A DNA stretch of 64,000 bases from Eledone cirrhosa (GCA_964016885.1 OZ024741.1:160332001-160396000); one strand, 5' to 3'; counted from the stretch's first letter, positions 1 to 15,300 are shown. Numbers and translations are program-made. Notes: generated by a model from the letters alone, not told the origin.

Positions 1-1
1 T

Positions 2-1231
2 CTGCTCAAACAGTCGCGCAAAGTGCCGCTGAAAGGCCGCGCACATTTGCTTGGGGTCAAGTAGCACGCTTCCGTTTTGGTCTTTCAAAGACCGAATCGT
101 GGACTTGTTGCCACTTTTTGCCTCCGCCACTCGGGCCCAGCTGACAGCTTTCGCTCCTTCGTTTCCTAGAGCACGTGTTTTGCTTCTGACCACGCAGCCT
201 TCGTGTTTCGCATCGAAGAACTGGTCCAGTGCCGTTCTCGACGCTAACACTCTAGCCGCGTTGCCACTTCTAAGTGCCTCCTCTACCTTGGCTACTAGTT
301 CTCTTTCTATTCTGTTTTTCTCTAAGGCTAACTCTCTGCTATACCCTATCGATTCTATTCTAATTGCTTTCTTGAGAGAGTACCACCATCTATTGTTGAC
401 GATGGCTCCCGTTAACTGTTGCTTGACTAGTTTACTTATCCGTTCACTGTAAGCTTTACGTGCCGGCAACGACACGTTCAGCTTCCAGTATCCGGGACCC
501 TGTCTATGTATTCTATCACGGTTGACTAAGCAGACGACTAACTTGTGATCTGAATAGGCAACCATGTGCATTCGTGGACAGCTTAACATATCCTTGTCCC
601 TTTCTCTAATGAAGAACCTATCTAAATACGATCTAGATGTCCCACTGCGGTTTACCCACGTCCACTGTGGTGCAGTCGGGAAATCCAGTCGATACCTATC
701 GGCCAGTTGGAATTGGCCGATTAAAGTTTTGAGGCTGTTGCACCCCGCTCTACTGGGACATGCTCCCACATAGTCCCATCGTGCATCTAGGATACCATTC
801 CAGTCCCCCACTAAAAGTAAGGAGCGAGACGTTCCCAGAAAAGACTCTAGACGCTTAAAGAAGTCTGGCCGTGATTGCGATTGCCCGGTCGGGGCATAAA
901 CGGCCACCAGTCTGAAGGCTCCACCTCCGATACTGTTCACGTCTAGGACTACCAGTCTACCCTCCGGGTCCAAGTGTACTTGCTGTACTCCGACGTCCAG
1001 GTTCTTCCGAAACATAATAGCCACTCCACCTCCACCTCCTGGCTGACAGAGAGATGCGTAGATCTCAAAGTCGTCGAAGATGGGGGTTAGTTGCTGCCTG
1101 TTGTGGATTCTGGACTCGGTGATGGCTATCACATCCATACTGTGTGACCTAAGGTCGTTTAAAAGTTGGCCCTGTTTCCAGGGCATCCCTAGGCCACGCA
1201 CATTCACGGTTCCAACTCGTAAACCAGCCAT
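2..1231 (-). CDS. LINE ORF2, N-terminal apurinic-like endonuclease domain (partial, open to window edge; absent from ORF track)
   Basis: Manual translation from ATG at 1231: MAGLRVGTVNVRGLG...DVIAITES...VAVYAP...LLVGDWN...SYLDRFF...YSDHKLV...GPGYWKLN, canonical APE motifs plus the L1/Tx1 WKLN motif. Confidence 0.9.
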   Translation of the reverse strand, partial: MAGLRVGTVNVRGLGMPWKQGQLLNDLRSHSMDVIAITESRIHNRQQLTPIFDDFEIYASLCQPGGGGGVAIMFRKNLDVGVQQVHLDPEGRLVVLDVNSIGGGAFRLVAVYAPTGQSQSRPDFFKRLESFLGTSRSLLLVGDWNGILDARWDYVGACPSRAGCNSLKTLIGQFQLADRYRLDFPTAPQWTWVNRSGTSRSYLDRFFIRERDKDMLSCPRMHMVAYSDHKLVVCLVNRDRIHRQGPGYWKLNVSLPARKAYSERISKLVKQQLTGAIVNNRWWYSLKKAIRIESIGYSRELALEKNRIERELVAKVEEALRSGNAARVLASRTALDQFFDAKHEGCVVRSKTRALGNEGAKAVSWARVAEAKSGNKSTIRSLKDQNGSVLLDPKQMCAAFQRHFARLFEQ

Positions 1232-1272
1232 GTTGGTGAAGAAAAGTTGGAGAAAAAGGACGAAAGGTGCAC

Positions 1273-3143
1273 TTACCTTTTCGTTTCCTGGAGATCGGGT
1301 TGTTCAATCTCCATTTGGGTGCTGGATGGGGTGTTGGGTGGGGTGGGGAAACATTTCAACAGGACGCGGTTGATGGGTTTGTGGCAGGGGTTGCCCACGT
1401 CCTGTGAACATTTAATTTTCAGGTCTTTATAGGTTTCTATAGAAACCCTTATAAGTTTAAGGTGTGGAGACGATTCTGCCTTGACGAAAGTTTTGCCCTC
1501 CGTCTCCACCTTGGGGTTTTGGGAGATGACCTCCATCAAACTCTTGTTGTTTGTGTTGATGTATGCGTATTGTTGTTTGTGTTTTTGTTGTATTGTTTTA
1601 GTTTGTTGTTCATCTGGGAGTTTTCTTTTTATGGTGGGTGCTTGTGTTTGGGGTGGTGTTGGTGCTGGTTTTGCTGATAGGGGGGTGTTTGACTGTGGTG
1701 TTGTTTGTGTTGTTGTTTGTGTCTGTGGTTGTGTGTTGGTGTTGGTGATTGGAGTTTTGGGGGTTTTGTGGTGTCTCTTTTTTTGTTTTTTGGATTTCCG
1801 CGGTTCTCCCTCTTCTTCACTTAAAGAAGGAGAAGCAGCTTCATCCGTCGATGAATAATCATCGTCAGGTGTGTGGGGTAAGGGTATGTTGTGTGGTGGT
1901 GGAGGTGTTTCGGTATGTGTGTTTGTAGTAGTGTTTGATGGAGTGGGATGGAGTGGGGATGTATTCTTCAGGGGTGTTGTCTCTGTTTTTTCTGTTGTTG
2001 TTGGTTGAGTGTGTGTTTGTTTTGGTGTAGTTGCTCGTTTCGTCTGTCGTTGTACTTGTGGTGGTGGTGGTGGTTGTTTTGGTGTTGGTAATAGCGTTTT
2101 TGTTATGATGTTGCTGTTGTGTGTTTGTGGACAAGAGGCTTTTAGGTGAGATGTGCTACCACAGCGAAAGCAGTGAAATTTTCGTCCTTCTACCGAAATG
2201 TTTATTTTGTTGTTATTATCAATAACGACTCTTTCGGGTATTTTGGAGATTCTCTCCGGTTTCATTTGCAACAGAATCTCCAAATCGGTGCCCGCCCACC
2301 TTTGTCGAATGGATTTTCGTATCGAAAGTATTATGTCTGTTTCTGGCTCTACGAAGCCAGCCAAGATCCACCAGATGTTAATGCTTGGAGGTATGTTTTT
2401 TATTTTTATTTTTTGTGTCCTTTTCCCCATCTATGTAGGGAAAAAGGTGTATGCTTTTGACACTATTGGTGTCACAGAGTTTTTTTGGGCCAGTGTCTCG
2501 CTTTTAAACAGTACGGAAACACTTCCGTACTGTTTTCCTCGCTGGAGAAAATCGACATTTCCTAGAATCTCCTTGAAAGAATCTTCTATATCTGACTGAT
2601 TAACAAATGTCGGTTTTCTTGACGAATTTGACACAGTCCTAAAAGTGACTGATCGGCGGTTTGTGTCTTCCTTTATTTCAAGGGGTGAGTTAATTCTAAA
2701 CCCACCTCTTTCTTCGAAAGTTACAAATTTTCTCCCTTGCTGGAGCATATCTCTTGCGTTGGAGATATCAAGATTTATAAAATCTTGTTTCTTGTTGACT
2801 GTGTCAGCAAAAGACATTTTCTTTTTTTGTGTGATGTTGTTGTTAATAATGATGTCATCGTTGTTGGAAATTTTATGTGTAGATGTATCTGTAGAGTTGT
2901 TGATGTCTTTTTCATGTGTATGTATGTCAATGGGTTTTTTTGCCGTGTTTTCCCGTGTGTTATTGTCATTTTTCTCCGCTTCGGCGGTAGAAATTGTAAC
3001 ATTTTCAAATGTTGATATATTTTTTCTTTTGTGACAGTATCTATGGCAACGTCCATAGCAGCAGAAGCAGATATAACGTTAATATCTGCCTCTTTCTCTC
3101 TCTTTTCACTATTAACGTTCTCCAGCGTTCTAGTGTTGCTCAA
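1273..3143 (-). pseudogene. LINE ORF1 (gag-like, zinc knuckle, Pro/Thr-rich tail), disrupted
   Basis: ORFs 2431-2817 and 1273-2430 are in one frame separated by a single TAG (FFPT*MGKR); that frame is open upstream to ~3025, where an A-run frameshift probably joins ORF 2775-3143. Confidence 0.75.
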
Positions 3144-3407
3144 GTTTTTTTTACTTTGTAAAATTGGATATTTTAAGACAAACTTTTAAATAAAATTTTC
3201 GCCCCTACAGGGGCGAAAAATGGGATTACCACCCAGCTGACAATTCAGCTTGGGGGATTAATCTACAAAGTGTTGTATTTTTTTCAAACAATTAGATCGG
3301 TTTTTTGCATAGAAATTAACAAAAAACTTACCGGCGATATTCCACACGTTAGACAGAAAGAGAGATAGATATATTTCTTTATTAGCCACAGGGGCACAAA
3401 AGAAGGG

Positions 3408-3485
<78 letters not shown>

Positions 3486-3490
3486 GGATG
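3408..3490. repeat. (GATA)n microsatellite
   Basis: Direct reading. Confidence 0.95.
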
Positions 3491-3773
3491 GAACAGGAGA
3501 GAGGGAGTAAATTGTTCAAAGAAAGATAAAGAGAGAAAGGTTGATAGAGAGATAAAGAGAAAAAGATTGATAGAGAGACATGGAGAGAGTGAGAGACAGA
3601 AAGAGAAAGAGTAAAGATAAATGATGGTGGCGAAGAAGCAAACCAAAAGATAAATGGCCGAAAGGAGAAATAAGGCTGAGTTAGTGATTTTCCGTAGTAC
3701 ATATTTATGTGAATACGTACATGTCTATGTGTGGTTTACACGCGCACACACACACACACATACATATATATAA

Positions 3774-3804
<31 letters not shown>

Positions 3805-3854
3805 AACACACACACACGAGCACACACGCACACACACACACATACATATATACA

Positions 3855-3945
<91 letters not shown>

Positions 3946-3952
3946 GTATATA

Positions 3953-3992
<40 letters not shown>

Positions 3993-4334
3993 TATATACA
4001 TATATATAAAGATATATATATATATATACACCTCTCCAAGACAATGTCACTGGACCGAGACCTTTGGCGGTACTCAGTAATAGAGAAGACCCGCCTTACC
4101 TAAATACAAAGTAAAACCTACTACAGGCAGTAGGCATCTCTAACAAAATACACCCCCGTCCCACCTCCCCCACCCCAACCACACCGCCCCTTTCAATGTA
4201 AAGTTTTGTTGGTGCCACAACATCCAGGCCGAAACAAATGAGATCGTGTAGGTGTCACGACAAAAAACACACAGTCCACGCTGTAATGTGGCCGTGTAGG
4301 CAACACGGTAAAAACCTCCCAGCCCCACACTGTA

Positions 4335-4487
4335 AATGTGGTTGGTGTTAGGAAGGGCATCCAGCTGTAGAAAACCCTCCAGACAGTCCTATGCGAGCAA
4401 TGACAACCACTCTTGTCTCAAGTGGGAAAACTCCCGTCCAAACCCATGCAAGCGTGGAACATGGACGTTAAACGATGATGATGATAT
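4335..4487 (+). mobile_element. SINE/RTE-type 3' end ending in (GAT)n
   Basis: ttaggaagggcatccagctgtagaaa...ccaacccatgcaagcgtggaa...ggacgttaaacgatgatgat, resembles RTE-related tails recalled from octopus repeats. Confidence 0.55.
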
Positions 4488-4490
4488 ATG

Positions 4491-4540
<50 letters not shown>

Positions 4541-4624
4541 GAGGTTATATTTAATTTGTTGGGATTCAACAAGCTTAACATTTTTTATAACTGATATAAG
4601 GCACTTAACAGATTAGTGGAGTAA

Positions 4625-4867
4625 ATATACAATATATTAACAAATGGAAACTATATTTATAAAACCATATTTATTTTATTATACATATTTCAAGGGCCAC
4701 CAAGGCAAATTATGGTGCGCTTTCATCATATAAAATACAATACCTTTATAAAACTAATCTGTATTGTATTTTATCTGATGAAAGCGCACCATAATTTGCC
4801 TTGGTGACCCTTGAAATATGTATAATAAAATAAATATGGTTTTATAAATATAGTTTCCATTTATTAG

Positions 4868-4873
<6 letters not shown>
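4625..4873. mobile_element. Fold-back (inverted) pair of PLE 3'-terminal fragments, same family as 37345-42056
   Basis: 4625-4740 is the reverse complement of ~4763-4873; both match 41935-42055. Confidence 0.85.
4768..4831 (+). ncRNA. Type I hammerhead ribozyme (PLE terminus)
   Basis: attttat-CTGATGA-aagcgcacc..ggtgaccctt-GAAA-tatgta-TA-ataaaat; stem I attttat/ataaaat. Confidence 0.75.
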
Positions 4874-6849
<1,976 letters not shown>

Positions 6850-6860
6850 TATGTATATAT

Positions 6861-6965
<105 letters not shown>

Positions 6966-7086
6966 TATATGAATGTGTGTGAAAGAAAAGGAGAGAGAGT
7001 ACACGCGTGATTAGGGTCAGGGTTAAAGTCCCTAACTCCAACACCACCATTCATCTTCACCACTTTTCTCTCTCTCTCTCTCTTTT

Positions 7087-7500
<414 letters not shown>

Positions 7501-8471
7501 CTTGTCTCTGTATCTGTTTGGTTAATTTGTATTTGTGTGGATTGAATATGCTAACGAAATGTGAAACAGCCTACCAAATAGTTTATCTGAACATAGTTGA
7601 TGGAGTTAAATAACATAAGTATCCAGATGGTGAATCAACGAGTATGGGTCAAGTTTCCAAGAATTCACGGAGTAATTTAGTGTAAATAGAGTATTTAGAA
7701 AAACTAGACCAAGCGAGGAAAATATTGAAAAAAAATTAATTACGCTACATTACCTAAAACTTGTTTCATGACTATTACGTAATCATCTACGAAATCTGAA
7801 TAGGAATATTTTATCTCTGATGATTCGCTGAACACAGACATAATGGGAGTGAGTGAATAACAAAATAATACACCAATTCAGCTCTCGTATATGATTGCGT
7901 AACAGTGATGAAACCCATGTGATGAAACCAGTGATGAAATAATGTAATAAATCTTTCTTCATATCTCACATCTCTTCTTGCCTACTTTTTTTCCTAATAC
8001 ATTATCTATACTGGTCCTGTTTTTGTTTCTTCCTGTTTTGTTGTCTCCCGATATGCAATGGAATGAAAAGTATCAACTTAAAAACCGAAACCTTTGTGCT
8101 TTCCAGAGGTTGAATTCATATCTCCCTTCTTTTGCAATTGATGCACATGGGATAATTTGAGGTCCGTGTAATTCGCCGAAAGGCATAACTTATCCTGTCT
8201 TTGTGTAAGTTTTTTCTTTATAATTTGCGTCCCACTGTGCACTGGAATGACAAGTAATAAATATAATGATCCGAAACTGTAGGGATTTCCAGAGGTTGGC
8301 TTAGAAGATGGGACTGTACGTTTTACCGTTGTTTTTGTCCAGTACGCCATATTGATTTGAAACCTATGTAACTTCTTTCTATAAAGAAAAATTGGCTTCT
8401 AGGAAAAACGCAGCAAACACACATACACACTCAAACTCTCTTTCTCTTTCTCTCTCTCACACACACACATT

Positions 8472-8502
<31 letters not shown>

Positions 8503-8503
<1 letters not shown>

Positions 8504-8895
8504 AATGGAAAAAATGAAACGAAATTTCATTTTTCATTCTTAGTACGGCAGTTACTTAAATATAAGTATGTATACGTACATACATATATGTATACAGACG
8601 TACAGTAGTATGTATATATATATACATACATACACACATATATATATGTACGTATGGATTTACCGAACATTTATTATAATGCTCGGTTTGTTTGTAAACA
8701 AACATCCCGAATTAAGCCGTACAGTGTTTAGCAACCATCGTTGCTCTTTTGTTCAACACTGACAAAGGAACGATGTACTAGTTTCAAGCTTATTAGTTAT
8801 CGTCAGCACCGTATACCTTCCTGCCAGATGATTGAACGTCTGAAAGTATATACTTTCCTTATGCATATTAACGGCTGAGCAGCCTAATTTGCATA
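8503..8895 (-). mobile_element. ~430-bp HHR-containing non-coding unit (retrozyme-like), single near-complete copy; HHR core 8771-8811
   Basis: Similar to units at 26662-28022 and 35587-36441; minus strand CTGACGA..GAAA-CTAG-TA. Confidence 0.8.
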
Positions 8896-8925
8896 TATAT
8901 ATAAAGTTGAAAAATAAGGGTCACC

Positions 8926-8961
<36 letters not shown>

Positions 8962-9143
8962 GGTGGCCCTTATTTTTCAACTTTCTAAAAGTTTTACTCC
9001 CACCCGCCTTTCAATTAATAAAAACCCAATCTATGCAAAACTTTAGCTCAAGTAGACAACTGCAAGGCGACCTTCATCGACCGTGAACATTTTTTACCCG
9101 GAAAGTCATTTTTTTTTTCGGATAAAAAAATGTTATCTCTTAC

Positions 9144-9378
9144 ATAATTTTCTCTTAAATTAATAACTTGTTCAAACCTATTCTTGGTATTAGAAGGATA
9201 AGTGACAATAAATATAATGACGAAGACAACTTGCAAAGCTGGGGACAGAGTGCAGGTATAGGGCAAAGACCTATTTTTTGCTGTGGGAGCAACAAAATTT
9301 TAACTTTCGAAAAATTGCCTAATGCTAAGGGCCACCTGACAGCTGAGAGAAATGAGTACTCGGTATTCAGTTATATAT

Positions 9379-9465
<87 letters not shown>

Positions 9466-9690
9466 CTGAATACCGAGTACTCATTTCTCTCAGCTGTCAG
9501 GTGGCCCTTAGCATTAGGCAATTTTTCGAAAGTTAAAATTTTGTTGCTCCCACAGCAAAAAAATAGGTCTTTGCCCTATACCTGCACTCTGTCCCCAGCT
9601 TTGCAAGTTGTCTTCCTCATTATATTTATTGTCACTTATCCTTCTAATACCAAGAATAGGTTTGAACAAGTTATTAATTTAAGAGAAAAT

Positions 9691-9693
<3 letters not shown>
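9144..9693. repeat. ~235-bp near-perfect inverted repeat centred on a (TA)n tract
   Basis: 9144-9378 is the reverse complement of 9459-9693. Confidence 0.9.
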
Positions 9694-9721
<28 letters not shown>

Positions 9722-9930
9722 ATATATATATCCCACCCGTCCCCTCAATCTATCTTATTTCTCATTCTTTCTTCTGATAAAGGATTAGCGTCCGAAACGT
9801 TAAGACCCTCTTCTTGCTATATCAAGCGTTAACCCAATATATCCCTTCCATATACTGTCCCGATTGTGTTGTTATTTCTGTTTACCTTTTATATACATAT
9901 ATTTTTTTACATACATATATTTTTACATAC

Positions 9931-10001
<71 letters not shown>

Positions 10002-10134
10002 TGATAATAAGGGCGCTGCGGAGTTGCAAATAGGTTGCATATGAAAAAAGTTTGTCCTTCATCAGTGATCTTCCAACTATCATAGGCATTTCATCGCTTT
10101 AAAGACCATATACCTCCGGTTGGTGCGAGCAAGG

Positions 10135-10545
10135 ATAAAAGGAGAACAAGGAGAACAAAGATAAAAGGAGAGCAAGAAGAAAAGGAGAGCAAAGATAAAA
10201 TGAGAACAAAGAGATGATGGAGAAAAGGAGAGCAAGGAAAGCAAGGATAAAGGGGGAGCAAGGAGAGAAAGGATAAAAGGAGAGCAAGGACAGCAAGGAT
10301 AAAAGGAGAGAAAGGAGAGCAAGGAGAGCAATGAGAAAAGGAGAGCAAGGAGAGTAAGGAGAGCAAGGAGAGCAAGGAGAAAAGGAGAGCAAAGATAAAA
10401 GGAGAACAAGGAGATGATGGAGAAAAGGAGAGCAAGGAGAACAATGAGAAAAGGAGAGCAAGGAGAAAAGGAGAAAAGGAGGGCAAGGAGAAAAGGAGAG
10501 CAAGGAGAGCAAGAAGAGCAAGGAAAGCAAAGACAGCAAGGAGAG
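10135..10545. repeat. Degenerate purine-rich minisatellite (aaggagagc/aaggagaa-like units)
   Basis: Direct reading. Confidence 0.85.
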
Positions 10546-10925
10546 GTTAGGGCAAATATTGCTCAAGTTATGCTGGAAGCAGGCCAAGGTGAAGAAAAAA
10601 ATTTTTAATGACTTTTCTTCCTTTACAAACATCGAGTTTTCGTCTTTCGTAACTCCTGGTACAAAAACTTTCTTCACGAGATGTTCTATCAGCACCGATT
10701 TCCTCGACAAAGACCCTTCAACGTAGAAAGATGATCTGGTTACAAAAGTGGACTTGAAAAACTTGAGAAGACAGATGTTGTGAATGATGTTGCAGAAACT
10801 CATCGTGTCAAACTCATTCAATAACATTCTCAGAAAAGATAAAACTGAGAAACAATTTGTTTTACAGATCGTTACCGAAAACCGTAAAACATACCCAACT
10901 GCCACTAAATCCTCTCTTATGCAAA

Positions 10926-11080
10926 AATAATTGTTTCTACTTTTGGCACAAGGCCAGCAAATATTCCAGTGTATTACTGGTACTTTATTTTATCGACCCC
11001 GTAAGGATGAAAGACAAAGTTAACCTCGGCGGGATTTGAAAGTATGGCGTCCGACCCTCTACCGATACTGCCAATCCACA
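10926..11080 (-). mobile_element. tRNA-derived SINE (octopus-like family)
   Basis: ggtactttattttatcgacccc..ggatgaaagacaaagttaacctcggcgggatttgaa; reverse complement of 11912-12100. Confidence 0.75.
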
Positions 11081-11911
11081 ATGTTCAATATTCAGTGTTC
11101 AGTGTTCACATTATGTTTCTATAGAAATTATTGTTGTAAATAAAAATGCGTTTCTCTTTTAGAAGTTGTGTGTTTTATTAAGAAAACCTAATATTTCTTA
11201 AGTTTTTCATGTTATTTCAGGAATTTTTCAAATTAACTATTGGTAAATTTGATTCAGAACGTTTTTAAACAGTTGCTGGGGTTGCCTGGATGTATCCACA
11301 TAAATTTATCTAAGAAGAAAAAAGAAAATTGTAGAGATAGAGAACAATATACCGCTTTTGAACAGAATTAATCGTTGAGTATACTATGTTCCAACTTCAA
11401 TGCATTTGAGGGTCGCCTAACAGTTGTCCGATTGAGCTGAAATTTTGTACATCCCGTGTTTTTGTTAATTGAAACAGGACTAGGGGGTGGGAGCCTTTCG
11501 AAAATTTCGGAGAATTACCTGTTGCTAAGGGTGACTCTAATATATATACATATATATAGGTGTATGGCTGCAAGAAAAATTGCATCCGTAGGCGGTATGC
11601 CGGTTGAGCACTCGATGCTCGCGCAGAGCAGAGTATAATGCTATAAGAATAAAGGAACAAAGATTCAGTGTTGCATCATAACATATTTAACAACATATTA
11701 CATATATTTCACTATCGATCAGCTCGAGGACCTATTATTGATCGAACCTGACTCGGTAATCGAAAGATCGTCAGATATGTATTTCCTATGTGATCTCGTC
11801 TCCGATTCTATGCCTGAAGATCTCTAGCTATTAGATATATAGAGCGCATTATAACAACGTGGTATTCTCCGTTCGCTCATTGGTTCATTATCTCATCGTC
11901 ATTATTAAGGG

Positions 11912-12100
11912 CAGTGGATTGGCAGTATCGGTAGAGGGTCGGACGCCATGCTTTGACGCTTAGAGTTATTGCCCTTGCTATTCTGAGTTCAAATCCCGCC
12001 GAGGTTAACTTTGCCTTTCATCCTTACGGGGTCGATAAAATAAAGTACCTGTAATGTACTGAGTGATTGCTGGCCTTGTGTTAAAAGTAAAAACAATTAT
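11912..12100 (+). mobile_element. tRNA-derived SINE
   Basis: A-box-like tggcagtatcggtag and B-box-like gagttcaaatcc, then the conserved body; other copies in window. Confidence 0.8.
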
Positions 12101-12335
12101 TAGTCTATCCCCGAAGTAACGTCTGTCTCTCATCCGGCCAAGCTATCGTGTGCGTTCATGCATGGAGACCGTCGGCCTGCCTCTCGCTGCTAGATTTGGC
12201 CAGACGCGCTCGTAGGCAACAGATCAGACTTAGGCGCCGGTTTCCCTGGCAAGCAGGGAGGAGGTGGGCGGCAAAAGTACGGACATGAAAGACAAGACAT
12301 AGCGCCTGACGTATACATACACATAAACATATCCA

Positions 12336-12387
<52 letters not shown>

Positions 12388-12754
12388 TATATATGTAATG
12401 CGAGGAAATACCTATGATGCCTAGTAGACAACTGATGATGATGGATATTTCTAACTTCTATTTCTAATTCTTCATTTTTTATACCTGCAACAACACAGCT
12501 CGCCATTTTTGATTTATATATATATATATATATATATATTTTTCGTTTCTGAATTTGTTTAGCAAGATTCTTTATCTGAAAACGTGTGTTAAAACCGATA
12601 TTGTTATACTTTGGGAGGGTCATGTTGCCAATAAGAAACACACGCACCAGATACTTTCACTTCAATTTATTATAATAAATTTATAAATTTAGGAATTTAT
12701 AAATTTCCGGTTGGTTGGTTGGTTGGTTCCACAACCAGATGGTTGTTTATATAT

Positions 12755-12800
12755 TGTCAAAGTTCTTTCGTCACACATTCTGTGACCTCTTCAGTGACTG
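12755..12800 (-). ncRNA. Minimal type I hammerhead ribozyme
   Basis: gtca-CTGAAGA-g-gtcac.agaatgt.gtgac-GAAA-gaac-TT-tgac. Confidence 0.7.
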
Positions 12801-13029
12801 GGGATTCTTTTCTTTGTTTTTGAGCCTCTCCTTTGTTCTGTCCTACGCCATCTTGTTTCTGTGTGTGTGTTGTGTGCTCAGTCTGCGCATGCGTCACATC
12901 CGGGTGTTTGTGTGTGTGTTTATATTCGTTTATTTATTTGTTTATTTACATGTTACTGGTTGGTTGTTTGTTCTAGTGCGTGAGTGTTTTCATTTTGTCC
13001 TTATTTGTAAGTTGTGATGCTGCTGTTCC

Positions 13030-15300
13030 ACTCATGTTTTCTATTTAATTTTGGTTGTAATTCTTTTATGTTTATTGCCTCTGTGATTTGTCTAAACATT
13101 GCGTCTTTTCTGTGTGTAGATTCTATTTTTATTTCTATGTTCTCTAATTTACCCTGTGTTCTATTTTAGCATGTTGGTAGAGTACAGATGATTCTTTACT
13201 ATCTTGAAGGTCTCGCCAGTGTTCATTTATCCGTTCCCCTACACTACGAGCTGTCTCACTATATTATTATCTCTACATTGTCCTTCAGTACATCTTACGC
13301 TATATACTACATTTCTAGTTTTACAGTTAATATGGGGGCTTAATCTACAGGTCATACATTTCTTATCTATACAGGGGGTCTTTGAAAAGGGTATGTCTTG
13401 CTAATAAGTGTTTTTATGGAGGTACCTGGTCTTTCTACTATCTTAATATTGAGTTTATGTTTATCTAGGGCCTTTCTAAATGTGTAAGCTAATTCACCTC
13501 TAGGGGTTGTATCGATGAACATTACACTCTGGTATTTATTGCTATCATACCATGAGTTTATTCTATTAGCCTTATTCCTAGTTCTTTCTATTCTATTCCA
13601 AAATTTGCTCCTATACAAGGGGTAGGTCCCATTTGTGTCATTATTTACCATTTTTTCCCATTTGGTTCTGGCTCCTCTATATACTCTGATTTTATCTCTC
13701 TGATTGTAACCAGAGAACTGCAAACGGTGGATGAAGTGTTGTATGTGTCGCTCTAGTTCTTCGGGGTTGCACATGCGGGACACGTTTCTCATCACCCATA
13801 CCAAATCCGCAATCAGTATGTTGATTTTGGTATGGTCCGTAACAGCTGAGTTTCGGTGGATCAGATATTTGGAAGTCATGGGTTTGGCATAATGGGAATG
13901 GAGGTTTTGTTTTTTGTTATTAATAGTATCTAACCAGAGCTCTGTGTCTAGTACAGGTAATCGATGGTTGGGATGTTTGCTTGGGTAGTCTATAGTAACT
14001 CTAATACTCTGGTGGATGGAGTTAGCTATTTGCTGGATGCTTTCCGTTGTGTTTTTCCCTAATTCCTGACTGTTCTCTAGTAGGGGTGTTTTAACTACGA
14101 CGTTTATATTATCAACGTAGCGGGAGTACATTATCAGGGTTAAGGGTCTTCTAATTGTTATTTAAGTTTAAGTTTAAGTCTACTGTCCCACCATACCATG
14201 AATAGGTTAGCTATGTCGCCTGCAATGCTACCACCAATGGCTGCTCCCTAATCTTGGGCATATGTTTTCCATTAAATTTGAACATATGTTCTTAAGGGTT
14301 AATTTTATGCTGCTCCCCACCGCATGTGCAATCATTTTCTTTAGTTCATCGTGGTTTTCGGGGGTCCGTATGGCTCTGGTCCACCCGTTCCATCTATCTG
14401 TGTGGGTTTTCTTGGCCATTGAGGTAATGGTAGGTGGTCTGCCTCTTGCTGGTCTTGTAGGGCACAGGTTGCTAAGGTCATATTTGTCTAGATAATTATT
14501 ACTATAGGTAAGTTTAAGTAGGAGTCCCAGCTCACTGGTATAAATCCCACGGAACTCAACATTGCTCTCACTGATCATTTCTACGCATTTCTCCACAGCA
14601 AAATCCACGTCAATAGATGGATACAGGGACACAACAACCATACTACCTATTATGCAGTTTGTTAGGTCCCTAGATCGGTTACTCTCGCCGATTCTGCTGA
14701 GGAGGTCCTCCGTGCTATCACATACATCTGGGGACATTTCAATGATGGGGCGTATGATCAGGGAGAGGAAGTAGGACAGTCTGTAGTTACTAGCAATGTT
14801 AGCTCCACAGACTGGCCGTGTTGGTGGTCCCGTGACAGGGTCACTGCCCGTTTTCTGGTCTTTTCGAAGCCCATACAACGCTGGCACATCATTGTTCCAG
14901 GCCTGGAAGTTGTTGGCAGTCCTTTTGTTGGGCTGCATTATATTCGTCCACATCACCATATGGGCATTGAGGGCTTTTTCTCTATCCTCATGCTCTTGTG
15001 GTGTTACTTCTCTTGAGTTACTGATGTGGGGTTGCATTGCCTGGATGTGGTTTGGCAGACTGTCAACCGACATTCTGCCAGACTTGTCTGTTGGAAAGCA
15101 TGCTATCTCTCCATTACGCGAGCGCTGCGTGAGCTTACGCAAGCCATTTGCAGATTTTTCTCCCAGTTGCTGGGCCTCCATTCTATTGTGCTTCTTGCTA
15201 TACTGTTCTATAATATTTCTAAGTTTAGATCTAGCTATAATAAATTGTGCTTCTGTTTGTTCATCGACCTTCGACGGCAATTGCGTGCGTTTGTTAAAAG
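13030..15300 (-). pseudogene. PLE RT-GIY-YIG polyprotein, frameshifted (ORFs 14228-15280 and 13367-14131); YIG codons deleted
   Basis: ORF track fragments plus manual reading; ~10-bp deletion at ~13258 relative to the copy at 21335. Confidence 0.85.

Larger units (their letters stand above)
1..3345 (-). mobile_element. Tx1/L1-clade non-LTR retrotransposon, 5' part (5'UTR, ORF1, start of ORF2); continues beyond window start
   Basis: ORF1 with CCHC zinc knuckle (CFRCGSTSHLKASC) followed after a 41-nt spacer by an APE endonuclease ORF. Confidence 0.9.
8958..11540 (+). mobile_element. Probable hATm-like DNA transposon relic with nested insertions
   Basis: Left end TTAGGGTGGCCCTTA and right end (rc) TTAGAGTCACCCTTA with similar subterminal ~130 bp; internal frameshifted peptide FLDKDPST*..VVNDVAE..VKLIQ at ~10690-10830 resembles a transposase C-terminus; family assignment from memory. 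Confidence 0.45.

Noticed and set aside
51-1858. Plus-strand ORFs 51-452, 564-773, 1080-1373, 1481-1858
   Set aside because: Antisense shadows of the LINE ORFs
9770-9806. Hammerhead ctgataa-a-gga.ttagcg.tcc-gaaa-cgt-ta
   Set aside because: Core G8 is mutated; probably a dead PLE-terminal HHR, not called functional
11912-12010. tRNA gene
   Set aside because: A/B-box-like motifs belong to a SINE head; no cloverleaf
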